From assembly GCA_043780835.1 (NCBI GenBank), contig JAYWCB010000010.1:66845-130844 (forward strand): a DNA stretch of 64,000 nucleotides, in the 5' to 3' direction. Shown here piece after piece: positions 28,534-37,559 of this stretch. Source of the stretch: Minisyncoccota bacterium. GTDB taxonomy: Bacteria; Patescibacteriota; Minisyncoccia; Phycocordibacterales; UBA2100. The position numbers were made by a program, and so were the translations under genes. The first letter of the stretch is position 1, and each line of letters opens with the position of its first letter. Under the pieces are notes generated by a model. The model saw nothing but the letters and a program-made list of their open reading frames with translations. It made no database searches and was not told the origin of the DNA.

Positions 28534-28639
28534 AGCCAGCTAAGGAAAAAGCGCCTTTCAGCGCTTCTAAAGGGAATATAGCATAGTATAACTAATTGTC
28601 AAGCCCACGGGATGGCCAAAGCCTTCTCGTGAAAACTAT

Positions 28640-29662
28640 ATGACACATACCGAATCTGACGGTGCAACAAGTCCAAGAGGCTCTCGCACCCTCGACCAAG
28701 CGCTTCGCCCCGACTCGTGGACACAATATGTGGGGCAAACCGCTATCAAAGAGAATCTTCGGATCCTCCTCACTGCCGCTCAGGGCAGAAATCATCAACC
28801 CGAACACGTGCTGCTGTACGGTCCCCCCGGTTTGGGTAAAACCACACTCGCGCATCTCGTTGCCAAAGAGATTGGTGCCAACCTGCGCACTACATCCGGC
28901 CCGGCAATAGAACGAGTCGGCGATCTCGCATCAATTCTCACCAACCTCGCTCCCGGCGATGTGCTCTTTATTGATGAAATCCATCGTTTGAACCGCACTA
29001 TCGAGGAAGTCCTCTATCCTGCCATGGAGGCGGGCGTACTCGATATCATTATCGGTAAAGGCCCCGCGGCACGCACAGTGCAATTGGAATTACCGCCGTT
29101 TACATTAATTGCCGCAACGACGCGCATTTCGATGCTCTCCGCTCCGCTTCGCTCGCGCTTTTCCGGCGGCACATTCCGCCTGCAGTACTACACAGACGAA
29201 GAAATCGCCGAGATTCTTCGGCGCTCGGGTGCGATTCTCGGCATCGAGACAGATGCCGAATCATTGATGGAAATCGCAAAACGATCCCGCTCCACGCCGC
29301 GCACCGCGAATTATCTCTTGAAACGCGCCCGTGATTACGCCTCGGTGAGCGAGCAGGAGCTCAACGTGAAAGCCGTCAAACGAGCACTCGCGATGCTCGA
29401 AATCGATGCGGGCGGGCTCAATCAAACCGATCGCGATATTCTGACACTGCTCATCGAGAAATATAACGGTGCACCGGTTGGACTCAAAACAATTGCTGCC
29501 GCCCTTTCCGAAGAGGAAGCGACCATTGAAGAAGTAAACGAGCCGTATCTCATGCAAACAGGATTAATTGATAGGACTCCTCGGGGACGCATTGTGACAA
29601 AAAAAGGATATCTACACATGGGATACAAGCCGCCCGCACAGCAAAATTCGCTCAATGTATAG
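28640..29662 (+). CDS. ruvB: Holliday junction DNA helicase RuvB
   Basis: LRP, YVGQ, GPPGLGKTTLA, FIDEIHRL, EEVLYPAME, ATTR, EPYL, RTPRGR. Confidence 0.97.
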   Translation: MTHTESDGATSPRGSRTLDQALRPDSWTQYVGQTAIKENLRILLTAAQGRNHQPEHVLLYGPPGLGKTTLAHLVAKEIGANLRTTSGPAIERVGDLASILTNLAPGDVLFIDEIHRLNRTIEEVLYPAMEAGVLDIIIGKGPAARTVQLELPPFTLIAATTRISMLSAPLRSRFSGGTFRLQYYTDEEIAEILRRSGAILGIETDAESLMEIAKRSRSTPRTANYLLKRARDYASVSEQELNVKAVKRALAMLEIDAGGLNQTDRDILTLLIEKYNGAPVGLKTIAAALSEEEATIEEVNEPYLMQTGLIDRTPRGRIVTKKGYLHMGYKPPAQQNSLNV

Positions 29663-29746
29663 GTGTTCATAAACACCTTGTGAAAGACGCGAAATAGCGT
29701 CACCTTGTGGAATAGAACCATTCGGTTCTTAGGGAAGGAGCCTGCC

Positions 29747-30034
29747 ATGACGGCTTTGACTGGACGCGCTTCCGGAGATTTCAAACGGATGATTGCAGGA
29801 CACGGTTTGACGACGGCACAGATCCTGTATCGAATGCCCGACTATCCGCTGATCCTTCAATCTTTTGTCTGGCAGGACTATGATTTGTGTCCGAAATTTC
29901 CCGGACTTTTCAAGTTCCTGACCTTCTGGCAGAAAAAACTTGACGGACCGTTGTTTGCCGTCTCCGTTGCGCACTCAAGCCTCATCAGGCCGGCAGAAAT
30001 CAAAGCTGTCGACGGAGTGTTGCTACTTCACTGA
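29747..30034 (+). CDS. usg: Usg-family protein
   Basis: GHGLTTAQILYRMPDYPLILQSFVWQDYDLCPKFP.L.KFL.FW...LDGPL..V.VAH..LI.PAE; AAGGAG SD. Confidence 0.85.
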   Translation: MTALTGRASGDFKRMIAGHGLTTAQILYRMPDYPLILQSFVWQDYDLCPKFPGLFKFLTFWQKKLDGPLFAVSVAHSSLIRPAEIKAVDGVLLLH

Positions 30035-30129
30035 TCACGATCCTTACGGCGGCCTTGCGGCCGCCGTTTCGTTGCACATCGTTTACAGTGGTTTAGGATG
30101 CCCACAGCTCAAATCCACAGGAGAATCAC

Positions 30130-30825
30130 ATGACGATTCAGTCGCGCCTCCCGAGTACCGCTGAACGGCGCACTATCGAGGATGTGTACAATGCGTTTCA
30201 ATTCAACCCGCAAAGAGACGCGCAGGATAGTGCCAAGAAGAAACTCGCAATGGGAATCGCTTCCGTTGTACTGCGCGATATGTTCCAACACCCGAAAGAA
30301 ATTGTCGCCGCGCTCTTGCGTAGTGATACGCTCTGGGTACAAGAAACAACCGTGCACGCCGAGCGACTGCTGCAATTATCAAAAGAAATGCGCGATATTG
30401 TCGTGGGTATCAAGGGCCTGTCTGTGCAGAAAAAAATAGAACAGTCTGTGCCTCGTAAAAAGCCGCGACAACAAACGCGTAACGCTAAGTGCGCGAATCT
30501 GAATCTTGAAGCAATGAACGACATAGCGTCGATTATCAGCTTCAAACTCGGTATTGCGCTCGAAGACATACGCGGCGATACCCGGGGACTGGCTGAATCA
30601 AACGCCCGATTTATCGCCATGGCAATAACATGCGCACTGCATAAAGACTGGAGACATGGCCACATTGCAGAGTATTTTCGACGTCATGCGTCCGATGTTA
30701 CGTTTGCACTCAGACGCGTTTCTCTCGCCTTAGAGCGCAAATCCAACACCGCCCTCCATCGCGACACGGAGCGAGTCTGCAACGAATTCGGGATTCAGTC
30801 CGTCGTGTTGAAAATCGACCACTGA
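30130..30825 (+). CDS. Protein with C-terminal DnaA domain IV-like helix-turn-helix
   Basis: IASIISFKLGIALEDIRGDTR...ARFIAMAI...IAEYFRRHASDVTFALRRV parallels this window's DnaA C-terminus (PRQIIMYVL...IGEKLGGRDHTTVIHS); AGGAG SD. Confidence 0.65.
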   Translation: MTIQSRLPSTAERRTIEDVYNAFQFNPQRDAQDSAKKKLAMGIASVVLRDMFQHPKEIVAALLRSDTLWVQETTVHAERLLQLSKEMRDIVVGIKGLSVQKKIEQSVPRKKPRQQTRNAKCANLNLEAMNDIASIISFKLGIALEDIRGDTRGLAESNARFIAMAITCALHKDWRHGHIAEYFRRHASDVTFALRRVSLALERKSNTALHRDTERVCNEFGIQSVVLKIDH

Positions 30826-30892
30826 AACACATCTGTGGATATGCACATACCTCGTTGCCGTCCAGGCTATAGAATGATCTGGACACACGGTA

Positions 30893-30929
30893 ACGAAAAA
30901 GCCTCCGATCGCTCGGGGGCTTTTTTCGT
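30893..30929. terminator. Intrinsic (bidirectional) terminator
   Basis: ACGAAAAAGCCTCCGA-TCGC-TCGGGGGCTTTTTTCGT. Confidence 0.75.
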
Positions 30930-31234
30930 CTTCGGCCATTTCGAATCGCCGTACGGTTGTGCACAGCTTGATATGATCTCACCGTACTCGAGCTAGAAAT
31001 GATGCTTGCGCTTCAGTTCCCCGCACGACCACTGTTCTGACCGACTATTCCCACAGTGTGTCTCACTTTCGTTTTGACGGGATCCTGGGAACTGAGATTC
31101 GATTTGCCGATCTTGCGACCAGTCGATCGTTTCTCGCTGACACACGGTAAGGCGTATCAGAAGTCAAATACTACTGCGCCGTTTTACGAGTCAAATAATG
31201 ACCAATCATCTGTTTCGGGGGATTAGTCATGCGT

Positions 31235-31271
31235 AACTATGTGGATAGCGAGGGGATAACGGGGTGGATAT
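31235..31271. promoter_or_regulatory. Cluster of DnaA-box-like sites away from oriC
   Basis: TGTGGATAG, AGGGGATAA, GGTGGATAT; 31235-31258 matches 39003-39026 at 22/24 nt. Confidence 0.55.
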
Positions 31272-31466
31272 CTCCACACTCACCGTATGGTGGCTCTACA
31301 GTGGGGTTTTAACGTAGCGACGGAACACTTCGTGGATGTTCGTTGGAGCAGGTCATTTCCCTTAATCACCCATCATTGATTTCATGGAAATAAACGCTCG
31401 TTACTATCGGCACAGCATGCAATCTATGAAGTTTGCCATTCGTGTGTAAGCGAATAGAATCAGCGC

Positions 31467-32000
31467 ATGTCGGGACACAATAAATGGAGTCAGATCAAGC
31501 ACAAAAAAGGCGCGACCGATAAGGCAAAGTCTAATGTGTGGGGCAAGCTCGCCAAACGCATCATTGTGGAAAGCCGTCTGGCCGCCGGCGATGTTACCTC
31601 TCCCACGCTCCGCACCATGATCGAAAAAGCGCGCAAGGAAAATATGCCGAAAGAAAATATCGAACGCGCGGTCGCAAAAGGGATTTCCAAAGACGCCGGC
31701 ACTATGGAGAGCATCCTCTACGAGACCTACGGTCCGGGTGGTGCGGCAATTCTTATTGCGACCGTCACCGACAGCCGTAATCGCACCGCGCAAGAAATAA
31801 AACACCTCCTCACAAAAAACGGTCTTGAGCTCGCATCGCAAGGCTCGGCCATGTGGGCGTTTGAAAAGGATATCGAGGGCGGATTCACCGCAAAAACGAC
31901 TGTTCCCCTATCAGAAACTGACAACGACGCGCTCATGAAAGTACTCCAAGAGATCGATGCCAACGACGACGTCGAAGACGTCTACACGAACGCAGAATAA
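31467..32000 (+). CDS. yebC: YebC/PmpR-family protein (short form)
   Basis: MSGHNKWSQIKHKKG..D, NMPKENIERA, YETYGPGG, TDSRNRT, DDVEDVYTN. Confidence 0.93.
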   Translation: MSGHNKWSQIKHKKGATDKAKSNVWGKLAKRIIVESRLAAGDVTSPTLRTMIEKARKENMPKENIERAVAKGISKDAGTMESILYETYGPGGAAILIATVTDSRNRTAQEIKHLLTKNGLELASQGSAMWAFEKDIEGGFTAKTTVPLSETDNDALMKVLQEIDANDDVEDVYTNAE

Positions 32001-32009
32001 ACTTCGTCT

Positions 32010-32495
32010 TTACAGCACGCCGTGGGCAATTGCGCCGATCACAGAGCCGGCAGCGGCAACGTAAGCCAGGTGCCACGCGCTTTTCCAAATTGCTGCGCCC
32101 TTGTGTCCACTCCACAAACCGATGATGAATGCAGCGGCAAACGCGCACACTATCGCGGTCGTAAATGCACGACTCACATCAAGAATCATGTACGGAAGGA
32201 GCGGTACGATACCCGCCAATATATACAGAAGTCCAAGAAGAATTCCCGCCTGCGTTGCGGAAGAATCACTGATCGGCTCTGGGGCATGTTTGGCCGCGAT
32301 CATATATCGTGATGCGGCGGCAATACCTCCGGTGAACACAAAAATCATGCCCACCAATATAACTGTGCTGTGGGAGAGCCCCGCAATGGCGATGCCCGAG
32401 AGCAGTCCAACCGCGAGTACAAGCCCCTCTTCGATATTCGAAACGAGGGTTGAAATAAAGTGTTGACTACGTACGTTAAATGACATGCGCGCCAT
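32010..32495 (-). CDS. VIT1/CCC1-like membrane protein
   Basis: EEGLV..VGLLSGIA, YILAGIVPLLPY, 5 TM. Confidence 0.7.
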   Translation of the reverse strand: MARMSFNVRSQHFISTLVSNIEEGLVLAVGLLSGIAIAGLSHSTVILVGMIFVFTGGIAAASRYMIAAKHAPEPISDSSATQAGILLGLLYILAGIVPLLPYMILDVSRAFTTAIVCAFAAAFIIGLWSGHKGAAIWKSAWHLAYVAAAGSVIGAIAHGVL

Positions 32496-32737
32496 ACTAA
32501 CCTATTGCCAAAATAGTGCAAGTGTGGTCTCGTTTTTCGCGCAGTATGGGTCAAAACATGGGTATTTTTGCGATATACTACTGACTATATGGAAGGAACC
32601 TGTAATCGCTGTAACGCGAATTTATCACAAGGCGGCATTCTTTTTACTCCCCCGGGCGATAACAAGACTTCACAAAATTTGTGCATGACGTGTTTTGAGG
32701 GCACGAGCTCTGCCGACGTCATGCCCGAGCAGGCGGT

Positions 32738-33247
32738 ATGAAAGTCCTCGCCATCGACCCCGGGTACGGGCGATGCGGCATGGCGGTTATTGAACGGGTC
32801 GGTATAAAAGATGTACTCATTTATTCAACCTGTGTGGAAACAGAGCCGAATTCGGATTTTGCCGCTCGGCTGCATGCGGTTGTGTCCGTATGTGAAAATC
32901 TCCTTCGTGTTCATACACCGGACTGCATGGCGATGGAGAAACTATTTTTTAAAGCGAACCGCACCACAGCGCTTCGTGTGGCAGAAGTACGTGGCGCTCT
33001 TTTGAATGCTGCGACCGCGGTATCAGTTCCGGTCCATGAATACTCCCCCGCTGAAGTGAAGAGTGCTGCGGCCGGGTGGGGCGGCGCTGATAAAAAACAA
33101 ATTGCGACTATGTTACACGCGCTCGTAAAAATCGAAAAAATAATCAAGTACGACGATGAATACGACGCGATTGCCGTCGGCGTTACGCATCTTGCACATA
33201 TGCGCATTCCCGCGCATCGCGAAAACAATCGAAAAATTGTACAATAG
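32738..33247 (+). CDS. ruvC: Crossover junction endodeoxyribonuclease RuvC
   Basis: LAIDPGYGRCG, AMEKLFF, EVRG, EYSPAEVK, DDEYDAIAV. Confidence 0.95.
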   Translation: MKVLAIDPGYGRCGMAVIERVGIKDVLIYSTCVETEPNSDFAARLHAVVSVCENLLRVHTPDCMAMEKLFFKANRTTALRVAEVRGALLNAATAVSVPVHEYSPAEVKSAAAGWGGADKKQIATMLHALVKIEKIIKYDDEYDAIAVGVTHLAHMRIPAHRENNRKIVQ

Positions 33248-33253
33248 GCTGCA

Positions 33254-35680
33254 ATGGGTAAACTCCGCGAGTTGCGAAAGCGAACGAAGCATCACTTCGG
33301 CCGATTGCCTGAGTGGGCACGCCTGACGATCACCGCTTTGGCGGCGATTATTTTTTTCGGGCTTGGTGGGGTGATTGCGTGGGCCACGTTCATGCCTATC
33401 CCCGCAATCAACAGCTTCGAAAATCGACAGGTTGCTGAGAGCACCAAGATTTACGACCGTACGGGAAACATAGTGCTCTACGACGTGCACGGTTCAATGC
33501 GCCGCACGTCGGTTCCGCTTGAACAAATTTCGCCCTATATCCAAAAGGCTACGATCGCCATAGAAGATGCGACATTTTACGAGCATCACGGCTTTCGACC
33601 GCTTGCGTTCGGCCGCGCAGTCCTCGCAAACCTCACCACCGGCTCCTTTGGACAAGGTGGTTCGACGATCACCCAACAGGTTGTAAAAAATGCATTACTC
33701 ACGCGTAAAAAAACACTGACGCGTAAACTACAGGAAATTATTCTAGCCGTCCGTCTTGAGCGCGTCTTTTCAAAAGATGAAATATTGAGTGTCTACCTCA
33801 ATGAAAACCCGTATGGCGGCACCATCTATGGTGTTGAGGAAGCTGCGCAATATTATTTCGGCGTCGACGCAAAAGATGTCACGCTTGCGCAAGCTGCATA
33901 CATCGCTGCACTTCCCCAAGCGCCAACCTACTACTCTCCCCATGGAAATCATCGGGATGCGCTCGATGCCCGCAAAGACCGCGTACTTGTAGAGATGCGC
34001 GATCACAACTTCATAACAAAAGACCAGTTTGATGAGGCGAAAAGTGAGCAGGTTCAGTTCCGTGACGCTGCGGACGCAGGCATTAAGGCTCCTCATTTCG
34101 TGTTCTACATACAGGAATATCTGGAAAGTAAGTACGGTGTCGATGCGGTGCAAAAAGAAGGCCTCAAGGTGGTTACTACACTGGATTACGATCTGCAGAA
34201 AAAAGCCGAAGACACTGTCGCGGCCTTTGCTCCGACGATGAAAAAGAATTTCGACGCTTCGAACGAGGGCATGGTTGCAATCGAACCGTCAACCGGACAA
34301 ATTCTTTCCATGGTCGGCTCAAAGGGATATTTTGACGACTCCATCGACGGTAAAGTAAACATAGCGCTCGCGCATCGTCAGCCAGGATCGTCGTTCAAAC
34401 CGATTGTGTATGCAACCGCGTTCCAAAAAGGTTACACACCAGACACGATGCTCTTCGATCTCAAAACACAGTTCTCGACCGCGTGCCAACCGAATGATTT
34501 TAATGACACGCCGCCGTGCTATAGCCCGGAAAATTTTGATTTGAAGTTCCATGGCCCGATTTCGATGCGTGATGCGCTCGCCCAATCTATGAATATTCCG
34601 GCGGTGAAAACGTTGTACTTGGCGGGTGTTACCGATTCGCTCACAACCGCGAAGAATCTCGGCATTACCACTCTCACCGATGCCTCTCGCTACGGCCTCA
34701 CCCTGGTGCTTGGCGGTGGAGAGGTCACGCTGCTTGAGATGACAGGCGCGTACAGTGTTTTTGCAAATGACGGCGTTCGTCATCCACCCACCGGCCTCAT
34801 GCGTGTTGAGGATCGTGACGGCGCAGTACTTGAAGAATACAAAGATACGAGCGCTCGCGTTTTGGAACCGGAAATTGCTCGCCAGATGAACGATGTGTTA
34901 TCGGATAATGTTGCTCGAACACCGGAGTTCGGTGCAGATTCCCCGCTCAATTTCTCGGAGTTTAAGGTGGCTGATAAAACCGGTACCACAAACGATTTCC
35001 GCGATGTGTGGATTATCGGCTACACACCGGGTATTTCTGTTGGCGCGTGGGCCGGTAATAACAACAACAGTCAGATGCAGAAAAAAATCGCTGCGTTCAT
35101 CATTGCCCCGATGTGGCATGAATTTATGGCATATGCGATAAAAAAATACCCGGCACAGCCGTTCACCGCCCCTGCCCCCGATCCAGATCATGATTCTTTG
35201 CCGCCGGTACTTCGTGGTGAATGGAATTCCAATCCCTCACAAGGTATCCACGAAATTTTATACTGGGTTAACAAAGACAATCCCCGCACCCCCGGGAAAA
35301 GCACCGGGGATTCACAGTTCCGGTATTGGGATTACCCGGTCCAATTGTGGGCTGCGGGACAACCGACACCTGCCGGTGAAATAGTCGAACCCGTTACCCC
35401 TACGGATCCGAACGCGGGCTCTGCATTCCGCATCCTCACACCGGAAGCAGGCGGATATGTAGGCGTTGGTCGCCCTATGTCGATCACCGCCTATTATCCG
35501 AACCCCGTCAATGTCGTACAAGTGACCTATATGCTCAATGGCGCGCCAATCGGCACCGCATCTCAGCCCCCGTATGCAATTACATACGTCCCCACGAGTC
35601 CCGGTCCGGCAAGTTTGCAGGCGGTCGCCCAGACGACAACGGGTACCGAAACATCACAGGTACCATTCACAGTTCAGTAA
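33254..35680 (+). CDS. Class A penicillin-binding protein (PBP1a) with C-terminal Ig-like domain
   Basis: IEDATFYEHHG, QGGSTITQQVVKN, RKLQE, RQPGSSFKP, SMN, KTGT. Confidence 0.95.
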   Translation: MGKLRELRKRTKHHFGRLPEWARLTITALAAIIFFGLGGVIAWATFMPIPAINSFENRQVAESTKIYDRTGNIVLYDVHGSMRRTSVPLEQISPYIQKATIAIEDATFYEHHGFRPLAFGRAVLANLTTGSFGQGGSTITQQVVKNALLTRKKTLTRKLQEIILAVRLERVFSKDEILSVYLNENPYGGTIYGVEEAAQYYFGVDAKDVTLAQAAYIAALPQAPTYYSPHGNHRDALDARKDRVLVEMRDHNFITKDQFDEAKSEQVQFRDAADAGIKAPHFVFYIQEYLESKYGVDAVQKEGLKVVTTLDYDLQKKAEDTVAAFAPTMKKNFDASNEGMVAIEPSTGQILSMVGSKGYFDDSIDGKVNIALAHRQPGSSFKPIVYATAFQKGYTPDTMLFDLKTQFSTACQPNDFNDTPPCYSPENFDLKFHGPISMRDALAQSMNIPAVKTLYLAGVTDSLTTAKNLGITTLTDASRYGLTLVLGGGEVTLLEMTGAYSVFANDGVRHPPTGLMRVEDRDGAVLEEYKDTSARVLEPEIARQMNDVLSDNVARTPEFGADSPLNFSEFKVADKTGTTNDFRDVWIIGYTPGISVGAWAGNNNNSQMQKKIAAFIIAPMWHEFMAYAIKKYPAQPFTAPAPDPDHDSLPPVLRGEWNSNPSQGIHEILYWVNKDNPRTPGKSTGDSQFRYWDYPVQLWAAGQPTPAGEIVEPVTPTDPNAGSAFRILTPEAGGYVGVGRPMSITAYYPNPVNVVQVTYMLNGAPIGTASQPPYAITYVPTSPGPASLQAVAQTTTGTETSQVPFTVQ

Positions 35681-35716
35681 TGAAAAACTCGGCCGTTCGG
35701 CCGAGTTTTTCATTAC
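35677..35716. terminator. Perfect 18-bp bidirectional terminator containing both convergent stop codons
   Basis: GTAATGAAAAACTCGGCC-GTTC-GGCCGAGTTTTTCATTAC. Confidence 0.85.
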
Positions 35717-36225
35717 GATACCCGCCGTACCGACCCATCGATAACAAATAGATTTCCCGCGTCATCCTTTCCCAGATTATCGCGACCCGCATCGTCCCAA
35801 GTATATCCATCGTTCGCAAATTCTTTTTGTACCATTGCAACATCGTTGTCAGTAATTGCATCTGTCTGAAGTTTCTTTGAAATAACAACGCTTATTCCGT
35901 CTATTATCTCACTGTGCGAGGGTTTGAGAACACGTCGATGTTCAGGTTTCGCAGTCGGATACATCCCGCTTAACCGAATCACATTGTCCCCTGCGTCAAG
36001 CAAGACGGCGCTCATACCGTACCCGTCTTTAAGGGGTGTAAGGTCGTAAAACCCTTTTTCATGTAAATAACTTTCGACAGATTTCAATGCTGATTTTTTA
36101 GAGACAAGGTATTCGGCAATGGGGTCTGGAACCGCTTCCCCTTCCATTCCCGGTATTGGAGAAAGGCGTGTGAGGCCGCGAATAACATCGATTAACCCTT
36201 TTTTATTTCTTTCGATCGACTCCAT
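35713..36225 (-). CDS. Small protein-kinase-like-fold protein, translationally coupled to dnaN
   Basis: TAATG stop/start overlap at 36223-36227; GYGMSAVLL..GDNVIRL, WDDAGRDNLG, LFVIDGS. Confidence 0.6.
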   Translation of the reverse strand: MESIERNKKGLIDVIRGLTRLSPIPGMEGEAVPDPIAEYLVSKKSALKSVESYLHEKGFYDLTPLKDGYGMSAVLLDAGDNVIRLSGMYPTAKPEHRRVLKPSHSEIIDGISVVISKKLQTDAITDNDVAMVQKEFANDGYTWDDAGRDNLGKDDAGNLFVIDGSVRRVS

Positions 36226-37322
36226 TATCGATTCAGTGGCATCACGAGGTACATGAAAGAACCGTCGGACGCACCGCGTATCACGAGTGGTTTGCCGGGT
36301 CCCGCAAAAGAAAGAGTCACACTGTCGCTTTCTACACTCGAAAGACATTCCGATAGATATCCGATATGAAAATTGATGTCCAAATCATCCCCGGAAAGCG
36401 CCGCATCGATTGAATCCGACATTTCGCCCACATCACTTGAACGGGCGGTCGCACTAAATATCTTTTTCTTCGGGTACACATGCAAGCCGACATGTTGATC
36501 GTTACCGGAAAATACCCGCGCCTTGCGAAGCATTTCTGAAAGATCACCTTTCAGCATTGTGGCTTCTGTCGCTGTTGTTTTCGGAATGATTTCCTTGTAA
36601 TTCGGGAATGTTGCATCAACAACACGTGATACAAACCGTACCCCGCCGCCTGAAAGCACGAGCTGTGCGTCTTCAGTTGCAATAGTTACTATCTCGTCAT
36701 CGATACGCTCGAGAATATGACTGAGCTCAAGAGCGTGCTTGAGAGGTATCAGGAGTTCATTGTTATCTTTTGCGCCGGTGCCGGTAATTGTCTTTTCGGC
36801 CAGTCGAAAAGAATCTGTTGCAACCGTTGTCATCGTTCCGTCTTTAATCACTATGTAGATACTTCCAAGGTCGGGACGAATCATTGAGGGTGATGCTGCA
36901 TACGAGACAGCCTGTAATCCGCGCATAACGCGCTCTCTACTGAGTGCAATACCCTTTTTAGTAGTCGTGGTAGGGAGTACCGGGAATTCAGCTTGTGGCA
37001 CGGCCTTTATGAGCGTTTTCGTTCCACGTGATTCGATTAATAAATTTCCATCTTCACTTGCGAAGGCAATTGTCTCACCGCTGATTGATCGCAGTGTCTG
37101 AGAAAGAATTGTTGCAGGCACCGCAATGGTTCCTTTTTCTTGGATATTTGCAGGTACAGTTATTTCTACACCTGCTTCTAAATTTGTAGCGCGGATAGAA
37201 AGAGTCTCTTGTGCATCTATGAGAATGCACGACAAGATCGGGAGGGATTCTTTTTTACCGACAACACGTTCCGCAATCAGAATCGCATTGAGAATTTTTT
37301 CCTTCGTAGTGTCTATCTTCAT
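36225..37322 (-). CDS. dnaN: DNA polymerase III beta clamp
   Basis: LPILSCILI, ATNLE, VATDSFRLA, FPNYKEIIP, YLVMPL. Confidence 0.97.
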   Translation of the reverse strand: MKIDTTKEKILNAILIAERVVGKKESLPILSCILIDAQETLSIRATNLEAGVEITVPANIQEKGTIAVPATILSQTLRSISGETIAFASEDGNLLIESRGTKTLIKAVPQAEFPVLPTTTTKKGIALSRERVMRGLQAVSYAASPSMIRPDLGSIYIVIKDGTMTTVATDSFRLAEKTITGTGAKDNNELLIPLKHALELSHILERIDDEIVTIATEDAQLVLSGGGVRFVSRVVDATFPNYKEIIPKTTATEATMLKGDLSEMLRKARVFSGNDQHVGLHVYPKKKIFSATARSSDVGEMSDSIDAALSGDDLDINFHIGYLSECLSSVESDSVTLSFAGPGKPLVIRGASDGSFMYLVMPLNR

Positions 37323-37559
37323 AGTTATTTAATTAAAGACTATTACTACTACTAGTCAGGGGGATAACGGGATAACTCACATTGAGCTAGGAAACACGCG
37401 GTATTTTTGGTAGGGCGCGGTAGTGGATAACTGCTGTGCGAACGATGTGTAACGAGTGGATTCACGCGAACATGAAAAGCGAAAGAGGTTGTTCATGGTG
37501 ACTTCATGGTGCTGTACCTCGTGCTGTCCTACCTGGTATGCACTCGATATCCACATATA
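37323..37559. other. Probable oriC (dnaA-dnaN intergenic region) with DnaA boxes, DnaA-trio-like run and AT-rich patch
   Basis: In the dnaA-to-dnaN direction: TTATCCCG-TTATCCCCC-TGA-CTA GTA GTA GTA ATA-GTCTTTAATTAAATAA; further boxes AGTGGATAA (~37422) and ATATCCACA (~37547). Confidence 0.75.

Noticed and set aside
31467-32000. Truncated yebC (and short polA/holA) as pseudogenes
   Set aside because: Both termini and key motifs are intact; internal shortening fits genome streamlining rather than decay.
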